NCBI GenBank assembly: GCA_963693365.1
Contig: CAVNZM010000001.1
Coordinates: 270,344 to 334,343, forward strand
Origin: Amoebidium appalachense
Taxonomy: Eukaryota > Protista > Ichthyosporea
Reading direction: 5' to 3'
Length of the DNA stretch: 64,000 nt
Shown: piece by piece, positions 1-14,019 of the stretch
Numbering within the stretch: position 1 is the stretch's first letter
How the letters are laid out: each line of letters begins with the position of its first letter
Notes under the pieces: model-generated
The model's database searches: none
Told to the model about the DNA's origin: nothing
The model's input: the letters and a program-made list of their open reading frames with translations, nothing else
Position numbers and translations under genes: made by a program

Positions 1-721
1 AATGCTTGGTTTCTTATACTCCAACACCATAGTATCTGACACAAATGTGCCCTACACACTGCGAACGCGAGAACAATGTGCTCCAGTGCAACATACACCG
101 AGCTACCCTTGTAAGTTCCTTGGGCAAACACAATCACTGCGACACGATAGTGCGGTCTCGCTCGATGTGAGAACACAAACTACATGCCGTCTGATCTGTG
201 GGCTATTCAAGAGAGAGTGCACAAGATCTGTTCTGGTCTCCTTACCACCCATCTGCCTACTTTCTAAAATTACTGGATTCGGAGTCTGTATGAATGAGAT
301 ATCTTCCATGGTTGTCTTTTCAACCTCCGGTTCCAGGACGTCTTCTTAAACCAAACAACCAATCTCCCCCCCCCTTCCCCCCCCCACACACAGCCCTCAC
401 CCCCACCACCACCACACACACACACAGCACACCTCGGGCATGCCTGTGTGGGCCTGTTTGTGTAAATATGCATTGGCCAAAAGTTGAATGATTTGGTCAT
501 TTGCACTTTGACTGGTTACATCTCTCTCCTCGTCCTACCCCATTACCTCTTTCCCCTCCTCGCTCACATAAGAAGCATGGTGTTAGGACGGATGCATGGA
601 TGTGTGTGTGTGCGTGCGCGCGCGCAGCGGTGTTGGGGGCATAGGAAGTTGGCAAACCTGGAAGCAATGCACTCAATATAGAAAGCTGCACAATAAAGGC
701 ACTCAGAAAACACCAACTTAC

Positions 722-1042
722 TGTTCGGCAGCACGGTACTTGTCCTTGCCCTGGCTCACACAGCTCAGGCTCCAGTCAACAATGCGCGCCATGCCCTCCT
801 GCACACGGTTACATTAGGATGATATCTCATTTGGTGGATAAGGGGGGAAGGGGCAACATTAAAACATCGGCACGCAAAAGTATATCCATTCTTCAGCGAG
901 CTAAAGGAGCAGGGTCACAGTGGGTGCTGAGATGATAAGGGAGTGGAAGGGGGAGTTCAGAATGCCGTAGCCCTATGCCGCAAGATATGCAGGTGGCCGG
1001 GTTTTGGTGGTGGTGGTGGCGGTTTGGGTAGGTAGGGGTGTG

Positions 1043-1073
<31 letters not shown>

Positions 1074-3219
1074 ATGGGGGGCGAAATCTGCCAATCATGC
1101 CGGGCTGAAAAAGTATGTGCAACTCCTACATCTGCACACGAACAATCACAGCCATTCTAATATGCACCGATGTGGATTTATCGAGTTGAAACATACTGCA
1201 CACCTCATCCTTTCTCCAGCCTATCATAGGCTGACCCTGACCAATCCAGGAAGCTGCACACTAAGACCAGACAACACCAGCATGACTACCTGAAGAAGAA
1301 GCTCGGCAATGTTGCCAGCGGGGTGCAGCACAGTGCCAAGGAACCCCTGGTTGGTGACACCTGGGAGAAGGGGGTGTATGGGGGGTGCATAGAACGTCAG
1401 GGGAACGATGGGTGTGCGTGGGTGGGTGGGGGGGAAGGGCAATAAAGGAGAGGAGTGGTGTTGAAAAACAAGAGCGAAAAGTGTGTGTGTGTATGTGTGT
1501 GTGTGTGCGCGTGCGCGTGATAGAGAGAGGGGGAAAGAAGGATAGAGAGAGAGAAAGCATATGTGAGTGGGTGTGTGGTGGTTTTTTTTTTTGTTTTTTT
1601 TTTAGACGGGGGAGGGGGGGGGGGTTTTGAATGCGTCAAAAAGTACGAAGTACACAAGAACAAACGGATAACACGATGCAGAATGCAAGCCATACATAAA
1701 GAGTATGCATAATAAGCAGAGCCCATCCTCAGGGGGGGCCCACGTCATCCACAGTACCCGAGTTTCGACCTATTCCCCTCGTTAACGAAACCCAACTCAG
1801 ATACTGTTTCACTTGAACATGAGTAGGTCACCCGTCTTGATCAGAGACGAGCAGGGTTGCTTATGCAGGCAAGGGCAGTGGGAAAGGCCGGGGGTTAAAG
1901 TTGCAGGGGAGGGGGGGGGGGGGAATTTTGTCGGAGGCTAGCAAGGGATGCCTTGATGCTATGCTCCAGTCAGCTGTGCTATTGTTGACCCGTGAGGCTT
2001 TGGTCACAGTAGGCATGTCATCTACAATGCTCGAAATAGCTGAACAGTCGACTGATTGTGCGCCTATTACGAACAACAAATGTGATGCGTTGAAAAAGTA
2101 TGCATAGGGTACGAGCATGACAGCAACCGAAAGAGGATAGCAGTGTTTCAGTACACAGCAGACAGCAAACCAACAATAGTGGAAAAGCTAAACCACGCAG
2201 ATGTTGGGACGCGCGGCCTAAACCCTCGTCGGTAAGACTGGTGCTCATGCCTCCGCAGAAAACTCTGTTTTGGTTCATCCAAGCTACCCCATAGTCTATT
2301 ATCGTTTCCACATGCAGCGGGCGCGTATTAACGAGGGGACGAGCAAGTGTGTGTGTGTGTGGTGTGTGACTGTATTCGTAGGATTGACTGAGCGAGGGCG
2401 CGCAAGGGGGGGGGGGGGGGGGGGGGGGGGGGGAGGAAAGAGAGAGAGGAGAGACAGAGGGAGGGGGAGGTGTATGTGTTGTGTGTGTGTGTCTTGTTGA
2501 GGAGGGAGGGCGAGGGCGACCGGGAGGGAGGGGGGGGGGGGGGGGGGGGGGGGTTACCTTCTAGGAACACCTTGACGTCGCGCTGAAGAAGGCGGGACTC
2601 AACGAAAAACTTTGCCTGCGTAGGTTCACGTTGTCAGGTCACCAGTGGGGGCTTGGGATACATGCAGTTTTCTTTGTAGCACCAATGTAGTAGTTTGTGC
2701 CACAAAGACAACATCCCCAGGAAAAAAGTCCTTACGAATACGAAAATGACTAGGCCAGAATATCTCGATGAAGCAATATGCATTGCAGTTTTCAGATGAA
2801 AAAACCCCCTCCATTGGTCAAACCAATCATTGTCCTCAGGGGCATCGGCAAGATGATAGGTGTTGCAATCAGTGACTAACACTGTCACCATATTGACGTT
2901 TGTCACGGGGTGAAGAGCCCACTTCTACCTTAGAACATTATGAACAGCACACAGCAAATCTATAACACACCCAAGAATCCTATCACTCACCTCATCGGCA
3001 AAGGGTTCAGGGACTTCAGCCCCAGACCCATCCTCCGCCCGCTTGAACCCGGGGGTCTTGATGCCCGAGAGCTGCACAGTCACATACTTGAAGCTGGGCA
3101 GGAGGAAGAGACGAACAGTCGAACCATCTCGCACCTGCTCGATAATGGCTGTTTTTTGTTGTTGTTTGTTTGTTTGTTCGTTGGGTGATGGTGGTGGTGG
3201 TGGTAGTGGTGGTGGTGGT

Positions 3220-3264
<45 letters not shown>

Positions 3265-4385
3265 ATTTATCACTGAATTGCCAGTGTTTTGGGGGTAGGA
3301 TTTGGGTAGCATAATACAAGTTTCTTCAACACTTTAAATAATAGGACACAAAGAACGTCCGTTCTCCTCCAAGAAAACTGAGTGGTTAGATACGATATGC
3401 ATGGGCTCCTACACCGGCCAGTGTGCTTCTCCATGTGTCACAACAATATATGTGGTTGTCTGCATGTGGGTGCGCGACAGCTCTCTCATCACCCCCTCCC
3501 CCAATGGGTGCAGGCCGAGAAAGGCGGGGTGGAAAGGACGGAGGAGGGGGAAGTGGAGGGGAATGGGGGGGGGGGGGGGGGGGGGGGTTGCGGGGGGAGG
3601 GTGCATATGTGCATGTGTGTGTGTGTGCATGTCAATATTGCAGCCCATTTGCCTCATGCAATTTAACGAGGCTGATTTATGGAAAGGAGAGATTGAGGAA
3701 GGAAAGAGGGTGGCTGTGGTGTATCAGGGAACGTACACAGGGAGGCAAAACAAAACTGAACATGCATAGACCGCAAGCAAGTCACTAGAAGGACAACTTC
3801 GAACAGGAGCAAAACAAAAGGGCAGGGAAGAGCAGAGCACCAAATCCCACCGGAACAAACACTCATATGGGCACATACCATCGTACGAATGGTTGGGAAC
3901 AACCAGGCTGCGGTCTGCCTCTACATTCCACTGGGGGGAACGCACAGCCTGATAATGACATGGTGATTAGCAAGGGACAGTGACGTGTGACAGGGCGTAA
4001 CCACCGGGGCGGGAGGGGGGGGGGGGGGGGGAGGAGGGGGTGATGTATGTGTTAGAAGGTTGGAAATATGGACGAGACAACAAAGAGCAACAACGAAACG
4101 TCACAAACGTGGGAACCCAAAATCAAACAATTAGGGGGGGGGGGGGGAGATTGAGAGAGGAGAGAGAGAGAGATTGAGTGAGCGAGAGAGGGAGAGGGAG
4201 ACAGAGAGAGAGAGTGGTGGAGAAGGGGGGGGGGGGGAGGGGAGGGCGGCAGAGAGAGATAGAGAGAGAGAGTGGGTGGGCAGCATGTGTTTCACACAGA
4301 GAAGCATTTATCGACAACGGTGATGCGGCTATGCCAAAAAGGCAACACAACAAAATATGCAATGCAAGTAGGTCCCAACCTCGGT

Positions 4386-4423
<38 letters not shown>

Positions 4424-6229
4424 TTTTAAGGATGGGTTATGAGTAGAAAGTACACATCCACAACCAACAACACATGTAGCAACACAATCGTACGGGTACG
4501 TAAAGCTTCCTCTGGTAGGTCCCAAGGTACCCACAGCACCTGAGTTTCGACCAGTTCACCCCGCATTTCAATCCCTACTCAGATACTGCTTCTGGGGAGC
4601 GAAGAGGGAGGAAAGGGGGGGGAAGGGGAGAAGGTGTGAGGGGAGACGGGGAATGCACACTAGAAAGCAAAAAGGACAGTGAAAGACATGAATAGAATGC
4701 AAAAGAGCACAAAGACAGTGAAGAAAGAAGGAAATGGGGGCAGAAATCAACCCAGGATTATAGCAGCACGATCGGGAAGAGACGATAGTGTGTGCATTTA
4801 CAACCAGGAGGAAGAAAGTGCTTTGACATGGTATGGAGACACATGCTTGGTTACGGGGAAGTGCAGGCATCTGCACACCGAGAACAAAAACAAGTGGTAA
4901 AAAACTTACCGTAGACTGGACGGCCGGGTCTCTGGACCACATACCCACACCCGCAGCCTGTGCTGCCTGCTCCAGACGAGACAGGGCCTCGCTCTCTCTG
5001 GCAAACACCATTCACACTGTCAGCAATCCACCTAAAAAATGCACATAGACCTTGCCTCTGCAGAATTTAACCATATTGCAAAACCGACAGGTAACACACA
5101 AGAAAGCTAGTGTGGGCAAGAGACCCCGCACCGAGAACATCACCTCAGGGATCCTAGCCCCTGAGGGGGGGGGAGGGAGAGGGGAAGAGATGGGGGTACT
5201 TAAAGGGTCGTGTTCATAGAAAATTGAACACAGACACCAGGCATTGTATGAGGAGAATGGTAGGGGGGGGGGAAGGGGGGGGGGGGGGGGGGGGGGGGGA
5301 ATGCCTGTAAGTATATAGGAGATCGAGACTTTCATATACTGCAGAAACCTAACGGCTGTGCAGGCAAAAGATGGTATAAAGCTGTCAAAAGGTTTTTCAC
5401 ATGAGGAGCGAATGAAACGGCTCTCTATTCCTTGAATGGCGGGGGGACAGTGAAGGGAAAGGGGGTAGGGAGGTTTGAGGTGTCACAAAGTGCGAAGTAT
5501 ACATACACGACGGCCAAAATCATGTAGATTTTGCAGAGCACACACAAGAGTATGCAGAAATATGAGGTGAGTCCAGCCTCAGGAGGGCACCAATCATCCA
5601 CACGGGGGGCGGGGGGAGCGGAGGGGGAGGAGGGAGAGAGAAAGGGGGGGGGGGGGGAGGGGGGGGGGGGGAGGGTTGCTACGGTGTGGACTGGTTAGCA
5701 CCCTGCTGGCGGGCCTTGAGCCAACCCTGGGCCACAAGCTCAGCCGCAGCATCCTTGCCGTCCTGTGTGACAATCCGCACAAAGTCCCGGCCGGTGGTGG
5801 GTACGGTGTACTCCACCGTGTACTTGACCGGCTTGCCTACAAGCAGCCGCCGCAGTGCCTCGCGGGCATGCCAGGCAAACGGCTGGATCACACTCAGAAT
5901 TAGTGGCAATAGTTGGTCGGCCGTTTGAGCCAAAAGAGTGTACCACTGACAAGCGCGTGGGTGGATGCAAAAGCAAACAGGGGGCACAGAAGTAGGGACG
6001 AAGGAAAACACATGCCAACAATAAAACACAAAATAGAAACACACACCTCATCTTTTTGCTCCTCTGGCCGGTTGGGAGTGGGTCTCCGCGCAAGCTTTGG
6101 TGCAACAATGCCTGCCAGCTGCACTGTTTTTTCAGGGGGCGGACCCTTCACGGGCTTGCCACGAATCACTACTGTGTCGCCCGAGACGACCTCCTTGACA
6201 ACCCCGAATTGCTCGGCTTTGGCTGCCAT
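722..6229 (-). CDS. SND1: Tudor staphylococcal nuclease (Tudor-SN/p100), 5' part (SN1-SN2 domains); continues beyond the window's left edge
   Basis: Phase-compatible GT-AG exons: 6229-6047, 5882-5683, 4997-4910, 3948-3879, 3148-2991, 2615-2558, 1360-1290, 798-722. Peptides [111 protein letters not shown] match SND1 SN domains. Confidence 0.95.
1627..1906 (-). mobile_element. Dispersed 280-bp retroposon-like repeat (SINE or LINE 3' end), copy A, in an SND1 intron
   Basis: Identical to 25402-25681 except for two substitutions that I could see. On the minus strand it is followed by a C-run and then an A-run (1582-1624). Diverged relatives lie at ~4510-4590, ~5485-5600, ~27810-27885 and ~42590-42735. 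Confidence 0.75.
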
Positions 6230-7114
6230 TTTGCTGAAATCTGCAAAGCTAACTAATCTAAACAAGAAGGCGTGCCAAAACACAGCAACCTAAACGGGAG
6301 GGAATAAGGTAAAGAAAATAATGAGGGCCGGTCGGGCGTCACGATTTGATTTTGAAGCTGTTGGACCCGAAAAATGCGGCATGTGGGAAGAGGAACCTCG
6401 TTACCGGCAGAATACATTAACGAGGGAAAGGATTCACCTGTGACATGTACCACTCGCGTTTTCTTGTTTGAAATCTCTTATTATTCAAGACATATGACTT
6501 AGCAGTTTTGAGAACCTCGCTTTTTCTTTTTTTTACTTGTTCGGTGTCACGCTAACCCATGCACTTAAGTAAACCTTGAATGATCAGCTGTGCCCGGCAC
6601 TCTGTGCAATTTTGCCATTAACGAGGGACAGCCTAGGGCGTTGTTATGGTTGGGATTTTTGCTTTGATCTAATTGGTTGCCAGTCGCACTCACGGCCATC
6701 TAGAAACACCAGGCCGTCAAAGGAACCGTCATCGGAATTTGCACATTTGTTTGCGCAAGATTTTTGGTCTCGGGGTTGGTGCGGCCTACTAAAATGGCGG
6801 GAATATGTTCTCCACAGATTTATTCGCCTTCGGCAGCAACGTGATCTACAAACGAGTTAAATTTCATCAATTTTTGTTTGACGTTTAACCTCTCTTTCGG
6901 CTCGGCCGATTGGTGATTTAGACCTACAAGAGTGCGGCCGATCGCCGGTCTGCTTATGCGGCCGCACCCCCGAAAAAACCGCCGTACGTAGGTGTACTGT
7001 TTGAACACTGCCCTCGCAAAGACACCTATGGTTGCTGTGGCACCTGGATGGGCAATATGCCCATGCCATGGCGTTGTATCTTTTTAGAGATGGTTAGTTT
7101 CCGCTTTAGAGATC

Positions 7115-7470
7115 ATGGGGAACAAGTGCATTGTATACAACTGTAAGAGTAACTATGCTAGTGAGATTCGAAAGGACAGGGGTAAGAAAATGTAAACCCG
7201 CAAGCCGGTGTCGGCCAGAGCGTTACCGTTTCTACTTTTAGGTTTCCCGACCCGGAAAAGCAGCCAGAGCTGTGGCAGTTGTGGTATGAAAATTGCCTTC
7301 AGGCAGGGGATGTATGGGGTAGCAAGGCATGCTTCTTTGAAACATACAAAGATGGTAGGCCTCACGTCTGCGGCAAGCACTTCGTTGACGCAGATTATTT
7401 TCCCAAGGGGTTCTGTGATTCAACGCAATCGACTGATTGATGTAAGTGTGCTGCCTTGCAATATGTTACC
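7115..7470 (+). pseudogene. Frameshifted THAP DNA-binding domain (N-terminus of P-type transposase)
   Basis: ATG at 7115 gives MGNKCIVYNCKSNY. After a 1-nt frameshift near 7186 the frame reads STFRFPDPEKQPELWQLW...PHVCGKHFVDADYF. This carries the THAP signature C-x4-C...FP...W...C-x2-HF. No transposase catalytic core was recognised downstream. Confidence 0.85.
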
Positions 7471-8247
7471 TCATAATGAGTTTCTGAACAGCGTTTCATC
7501 TATTGAGTAAAGATGAAGGTCGACCAGTTTCAAAGCTTTATGTACACCCCTCGAAGACTGAAAACCATTGGTTGTTACACAAAGGAAAACCATATATGGT
7601 GTTTAGACGTAGCTTTTTTTGGCTCTTGTAAACAAAGCAACGCACCGTGGCCCCTTGAAAGAGCTGCACGTAGATCATCTTCCCATACCCGTGATTGAAT
7701 TGCACCGTTATATTGTCACTTCTCCTTGATATATACCAGTAGTTGGTGTCTCTTACAATGCACACAAAGAATGGACGGGGGTATGGAACTTGGTGATGGC
7801 AGTGGTGCGGGGTTCGAAGCAGGGACACTTGACTCGGATTTCTTTGACAATATTTTTTCCGACGATAGCACACAGAGTGATACAGAAGACAGTGCACGTG
7901 AGGCTACAGATGATACCGCTCTCTCAGGGAAATGGCGTATTTTTGACTCCAAGCAAGTAGACATAACACTCAAAGCAGACGATATTGAAAACAGGCTCCT
8001 AGACACGTTCAGGCGCAAGTCCAGTAATCCAAACGCCAAATCCTGCTTCGATATTATGGCACACGAACAAGGATATCAAAACACCTGAATACTGCGCAGA
8101 TTATGAGTCTCAGTAGACACGGTGGTCGCAGTGTGAAATGATTGGTTAAGTTAGAGTCACGTCACTTGCAGGCTTTGCTGTTGCCAAAGAGTTCTTCTTG
8201 TGTTTTTTCCTTCCCCCCTCTCCTCCCCCCCCCCCCCTTTTTTTTGG

Positions 8248-8357
<110 letters not shown>

Positions 8358-9004
8358 GTGGTGGTGGTGTATGATGGTGGTGGTGGTGGGGGGGGGGGGG
8401 GGGGGGGAGAGAGGGGAGGGTTCGGGAGGGGGGGGGGGGGGGGGGGGGATTACCTATGATATCCAAGTTTACCGTTAGAGGGACTATTGTAATTTCAAGT
8501 GTAAGACACTTAATAGTTCAAATTTCGTGGTCTTCTACTACTGTAAATATATTCTTGTGTTGCTAAGATCAGAGTGTACCAGTATCACAGTTATTTTTCG
8601 GAACATTATGTAAAAAACTTTGTTTTGACATTTAGAAGGAGCTTCAAGCTGAGTTACTGTATCATTGAATAAAAATTTCGTTTGAACGTAAAATTGCAAG
8701 TGTACGCAAACCTGCATGTCCGACCATTTATTATGGCAATCTACAAATTTGGACACTTGTTCACTATATATTACATGAAGAACCAGCAAAACATGCAGCT
8801 CGCCTGGCTGGGTATGTGCATACGTTTGCCCCCCCCCCCCCCCCCTCCCCCCCCCCCCCCCCCCCCCTCCACACACCCCCCCCCCCTCCCCTCCCCTCTC
8901 CTCCTCCTCCCTCCCTCTCTCTAATAACAACAACAACATCCGCCTGACCACACACACACGCACACGCGCTACTGCCATCACCCAACCGTGACAGTAACCA
9001 CCGA

Positions 9005-10270
<1,266 letters not shown>

Positions 10271-11243
10271 ACCTACAGACACACTATTCATTTGGCAGGC
10301 ACTATGACATGCCGGCATTAAAAGCCCTCGCACGCTGCACGTGTCACTTAGTCACTAATTAGTATGATATGTCGGATCACGTGGCCCCCCGGCTGGCGTG
10401 AGCTGACGGTCGCGACTCGAAGTCGCGAATTGATTCACATTGTTTTCAGATTGAATCACATTGTTTGGAGCTCGCACCACCTCTCGAACGTCTCTAAGTA
10501 TCATGAAAAATATAGACATAAACACCCAAAAAAATTTATATGGGCGTTTTTTTGACTACCAAAACTACGTTTTTGCTTAAGTAACATGTATTTTTTGACC
10601 ACAGGGTAAAAATTGAGAAGCGCCACAAAATTGTGTGAATCATCCGGACTACAGTGGGGTTACGGGCCGTGGTGTGACCCGATTTGGATCAATGCACGAT
10701 TACATGATCGTGTTGCCATGAAAAGTAGGCCGCGACCCCTTGTGGAATGCAGAATAGCTTTTTTTGGTTAGGATGTCATTATCCCGGGAATGTTAATCGC
10801 CTTAGACGGCCTGGGGTTTCTAGATGGCCGTGGTCGCACTTCAAAAATAAACATTTTTTGTTTTCACACACCGTGGCACACACGATACACACACCGTGAA
10901 CACCCATGACAAACACACTCATACCTCGCGAGCAGACACGGACACACGTGTGCCAAGACTGTGAGTCTGTGACTACATGTGTTCTAAACGCACACCGTAC
11001 GAACGTTTGCAGCCGACATGCCCATGCATGCACTCAGCAATGCACTGTTCTACTAGCAGACTAGTATTGCACTCACGGCCCCCACATCGATGGTGACTGT
11101 ACGTGGACCTCTATCTTTAAGATTCCTTCACTTCATCACGCCACTCTACGGTTGCAAAATCGGTCTCTTGGTTCAGGTGACGTACACGCGTTGCGGTGAG
11201 TTCGCGTCATGTTAGGGATTTTGAATTTGACTTGGGGAGGCCT

Positions 11244-11291
<48 letters not shown>

Positions 11292-11370
11292 GAGAGCTCT
11301 GAGTAAATATCGACGTCCCAGGGGGTGTTACTCCGGGGGGAGGGAGAGACCCACCTGGGCCGATGGGGTG

Positions 11371-11417
<47 letters not shown>

Positions 11418-12180
11418 ATACGCATGATGGCTAGACATCTCTTTTCCACCTGCACCAAAGGCATTCATGACGGTCAACCATGTAGTAATAAACTATGAAT
11501 CATGTCACGTGCTCATATTCATCCTGCGTTGTTCGTGTGTGTGTCTGTGTTTTACACGGTAAGGTACGCGCACGTGTAGATCTATACCAGTGTGGAGTGG
11601 GTGAGTTACAGCCTGTAATTATAATGTGCCTCTGACTGGTTTGTGCACCTCGTGTCTGTGTGTGGTACTGTACATGCGTGCGCCGGCACGTGTGAATAAT
11701 GTACGTTTGAAAGTGTGTGCCTGTATTTGTGGGGGTGGCGGGGAGCCTGGAGACGAGTCCTGCCCGGGCCCGCGAAAGGAGGAAGCCCCCGGGGGCAGGG
11801 GGGTTGGGGAGGGGGGGGGGGGGGGGGGGGGGCATATGACCGGAGGGTTTTCCCGGAGGGACCCCCCAGCCTCATAGAAACGGGCCGTCTACCACACAGA
11901 ACAGACTTTACCCAGTTAGAATGCCCCCCATATAACTGGAGGCAGTAACCTGAGTTTCCAGTGATCAAGGAGTCCTGCTATTACTGTGTTGCCAAGTTAC
12001 GTTTTGCAATGGGAACTTGTATGTAAACTGCTGCGCATGCAAAATATCATGATCTTAAATATTGCCGGTCTAGTCATGGAAGCTTGTGGGGTGGGTGGGT
12101 CCCCAGAGGGGAGGGGGGAGAGGGGGAGGGGGGGGGGGGGGGGGGGACCCACCTATTCAACCTGTCCAAAGCTTTGGGTG

Positions 12181-12217
<37 letters not shown>

Positions 12218-12230
12218 CCCAACACACACC

Positions 12231-12262
<32 letters not shown>

Positions 12263-12621
12263 ACCACTACCCCAATCCCCGTCTCAAAATCAAAACATCT
12301 TTACATCCCAATCCAGGTGTGGCTGGCAATTAATGACGTCCAACTTGTGCTCTTCAATATTGATATCATTCTGTGCATATTAGATACACGAGTTGTTTAA
12401 GAAAAGGTAGGCAGCATGCCATACACATTAGATACATATACACATTAGACACCTTTGTGATTAATATAATGCCTGAGAGGTGGTTAAGTACTAGTGGGGT
12501 GGAGGGCACCGTTGAGTACTCAGGTATACATAGCGACAGCTGCAGGCCAGCTGGGATCCGGAGAGGGGATCGATTCTGAGCGTTTTTTTTTATTAAAAAA
12601 GGGCAGGGGGCCCCGGGGGAT

Positions 12622-12668
<47 letters not shown>

Positions 12669-12808
12669 CGGAGGGGCCCGGCGGCGTGAGTGATCGTGAC
12701 GTGTGGCATCCGGTGAGGACAATTCGAAAATTGAATTTCCTGTATGCAGTTTTTTCCTTTTTTTTGTGCATGTGTGTGTGTGCGTGTGTGCGTGTGTGTG
12801 TGTGTCGC

Positions 12809-12965
<157 letters not shown>

Positions 12966-14019
12966 GACCCACCGTCAAATACAAACAGCTTCCACATGCG
13001 CAACCCACACATCGCATGCACACACTTGCCCTACGCCTTCACGTTCATCGATATATCTAGTATTACTAACGTCTACAACACAGTGCGCCGTACGCGTGCA
13101 CCCAACCACGCGCTGTTCAGCCACCGTGGCCGGCCACTTCTCTCTCCCACGCCTCCCCACTTGTTCCCGAACCCCCCAAATCCATCTTTATCCTTCGTAA
13201 CCTTGATGAATATTCTTCTGATACTCAGTCTGCACCACACGTGCACTCCCAAGTCTCCCTAGCTCGTAAAGCTACACACGCACGGACCACTTTTTACACA
13301 CAAGATAAATTTAAACGCAAGCACCCGCTTAATCGTCAATTAAGCCTGATTAATCTCATCGGATTAATCGTCAATTCCTTTTTTCTTTCCGCTTTTCCTT
13401 TTCCAGCATTTTTCTTCCTCTATTCTTTTCTTTTTTCTTTTTTCTTTTTTTGTACATGTAGTGGCCCGGTTTGCTTTGTCTTGGTTATGTTGTCTGTAGT
13501 CATCTGATTACTGTGCCCGGTTTTGGTTCTAGCTAGCGGCCGTGCAGCAGTGAACATTTTTCTTTTGACTGGATTTATTCAACGGAAAGATATGCAAGTA
13601 TGCACGGCATACTTAGGAGGCAATAAAGACTTCACGAGTTATCCAGTAACAAGTGCATAATGAGATACCTAAACACTGTGTGAGAAACATATAGATACTC
13701 AAAGTGACGGCCAACAGAATTCGACAAAAAGCCTAAAGTGTTCACATTGCCAGCCAGTGATGATGTAGCAGACACCTGTAGGGAAAGAGGCAAAACACGA
13801 CGGAAAAACTCACACCTATCAATATGTTTTCGATTAAAAAGTTCAGCACAAAAATGGCACCAACGTCGATGAAAACAAAAATTACAACGCCACTGCACAA
13901 CTTCCCATGCAATATCAACATCAGAGCACCATAAAGACTTATCTACTAGGGTGGTGTCCATACGCACAGCAGGAGAAATGGATCCTGCCAAAGCTCCCAA
14001 AGAGTGATATTGATCAGTA

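Noticed and set aside
1720-1812. Canonical hammerhead ribozyme in the 280-bp repeat
   Set aside because: CUGAGGA and GAAAC..GUA are both present, but I could not build stems I and II in any valid permutation. Kept only as a structured-RNA hypothesis.
7208-7510. BED-finger-like CxxC...HxxxxH in the listed ORF, suggesting hAT
   Set aside because: An overlapping frame gives a much fuller THAP signature (C-x4-C, FP, W, CxxHF), consistent with P-type ends.
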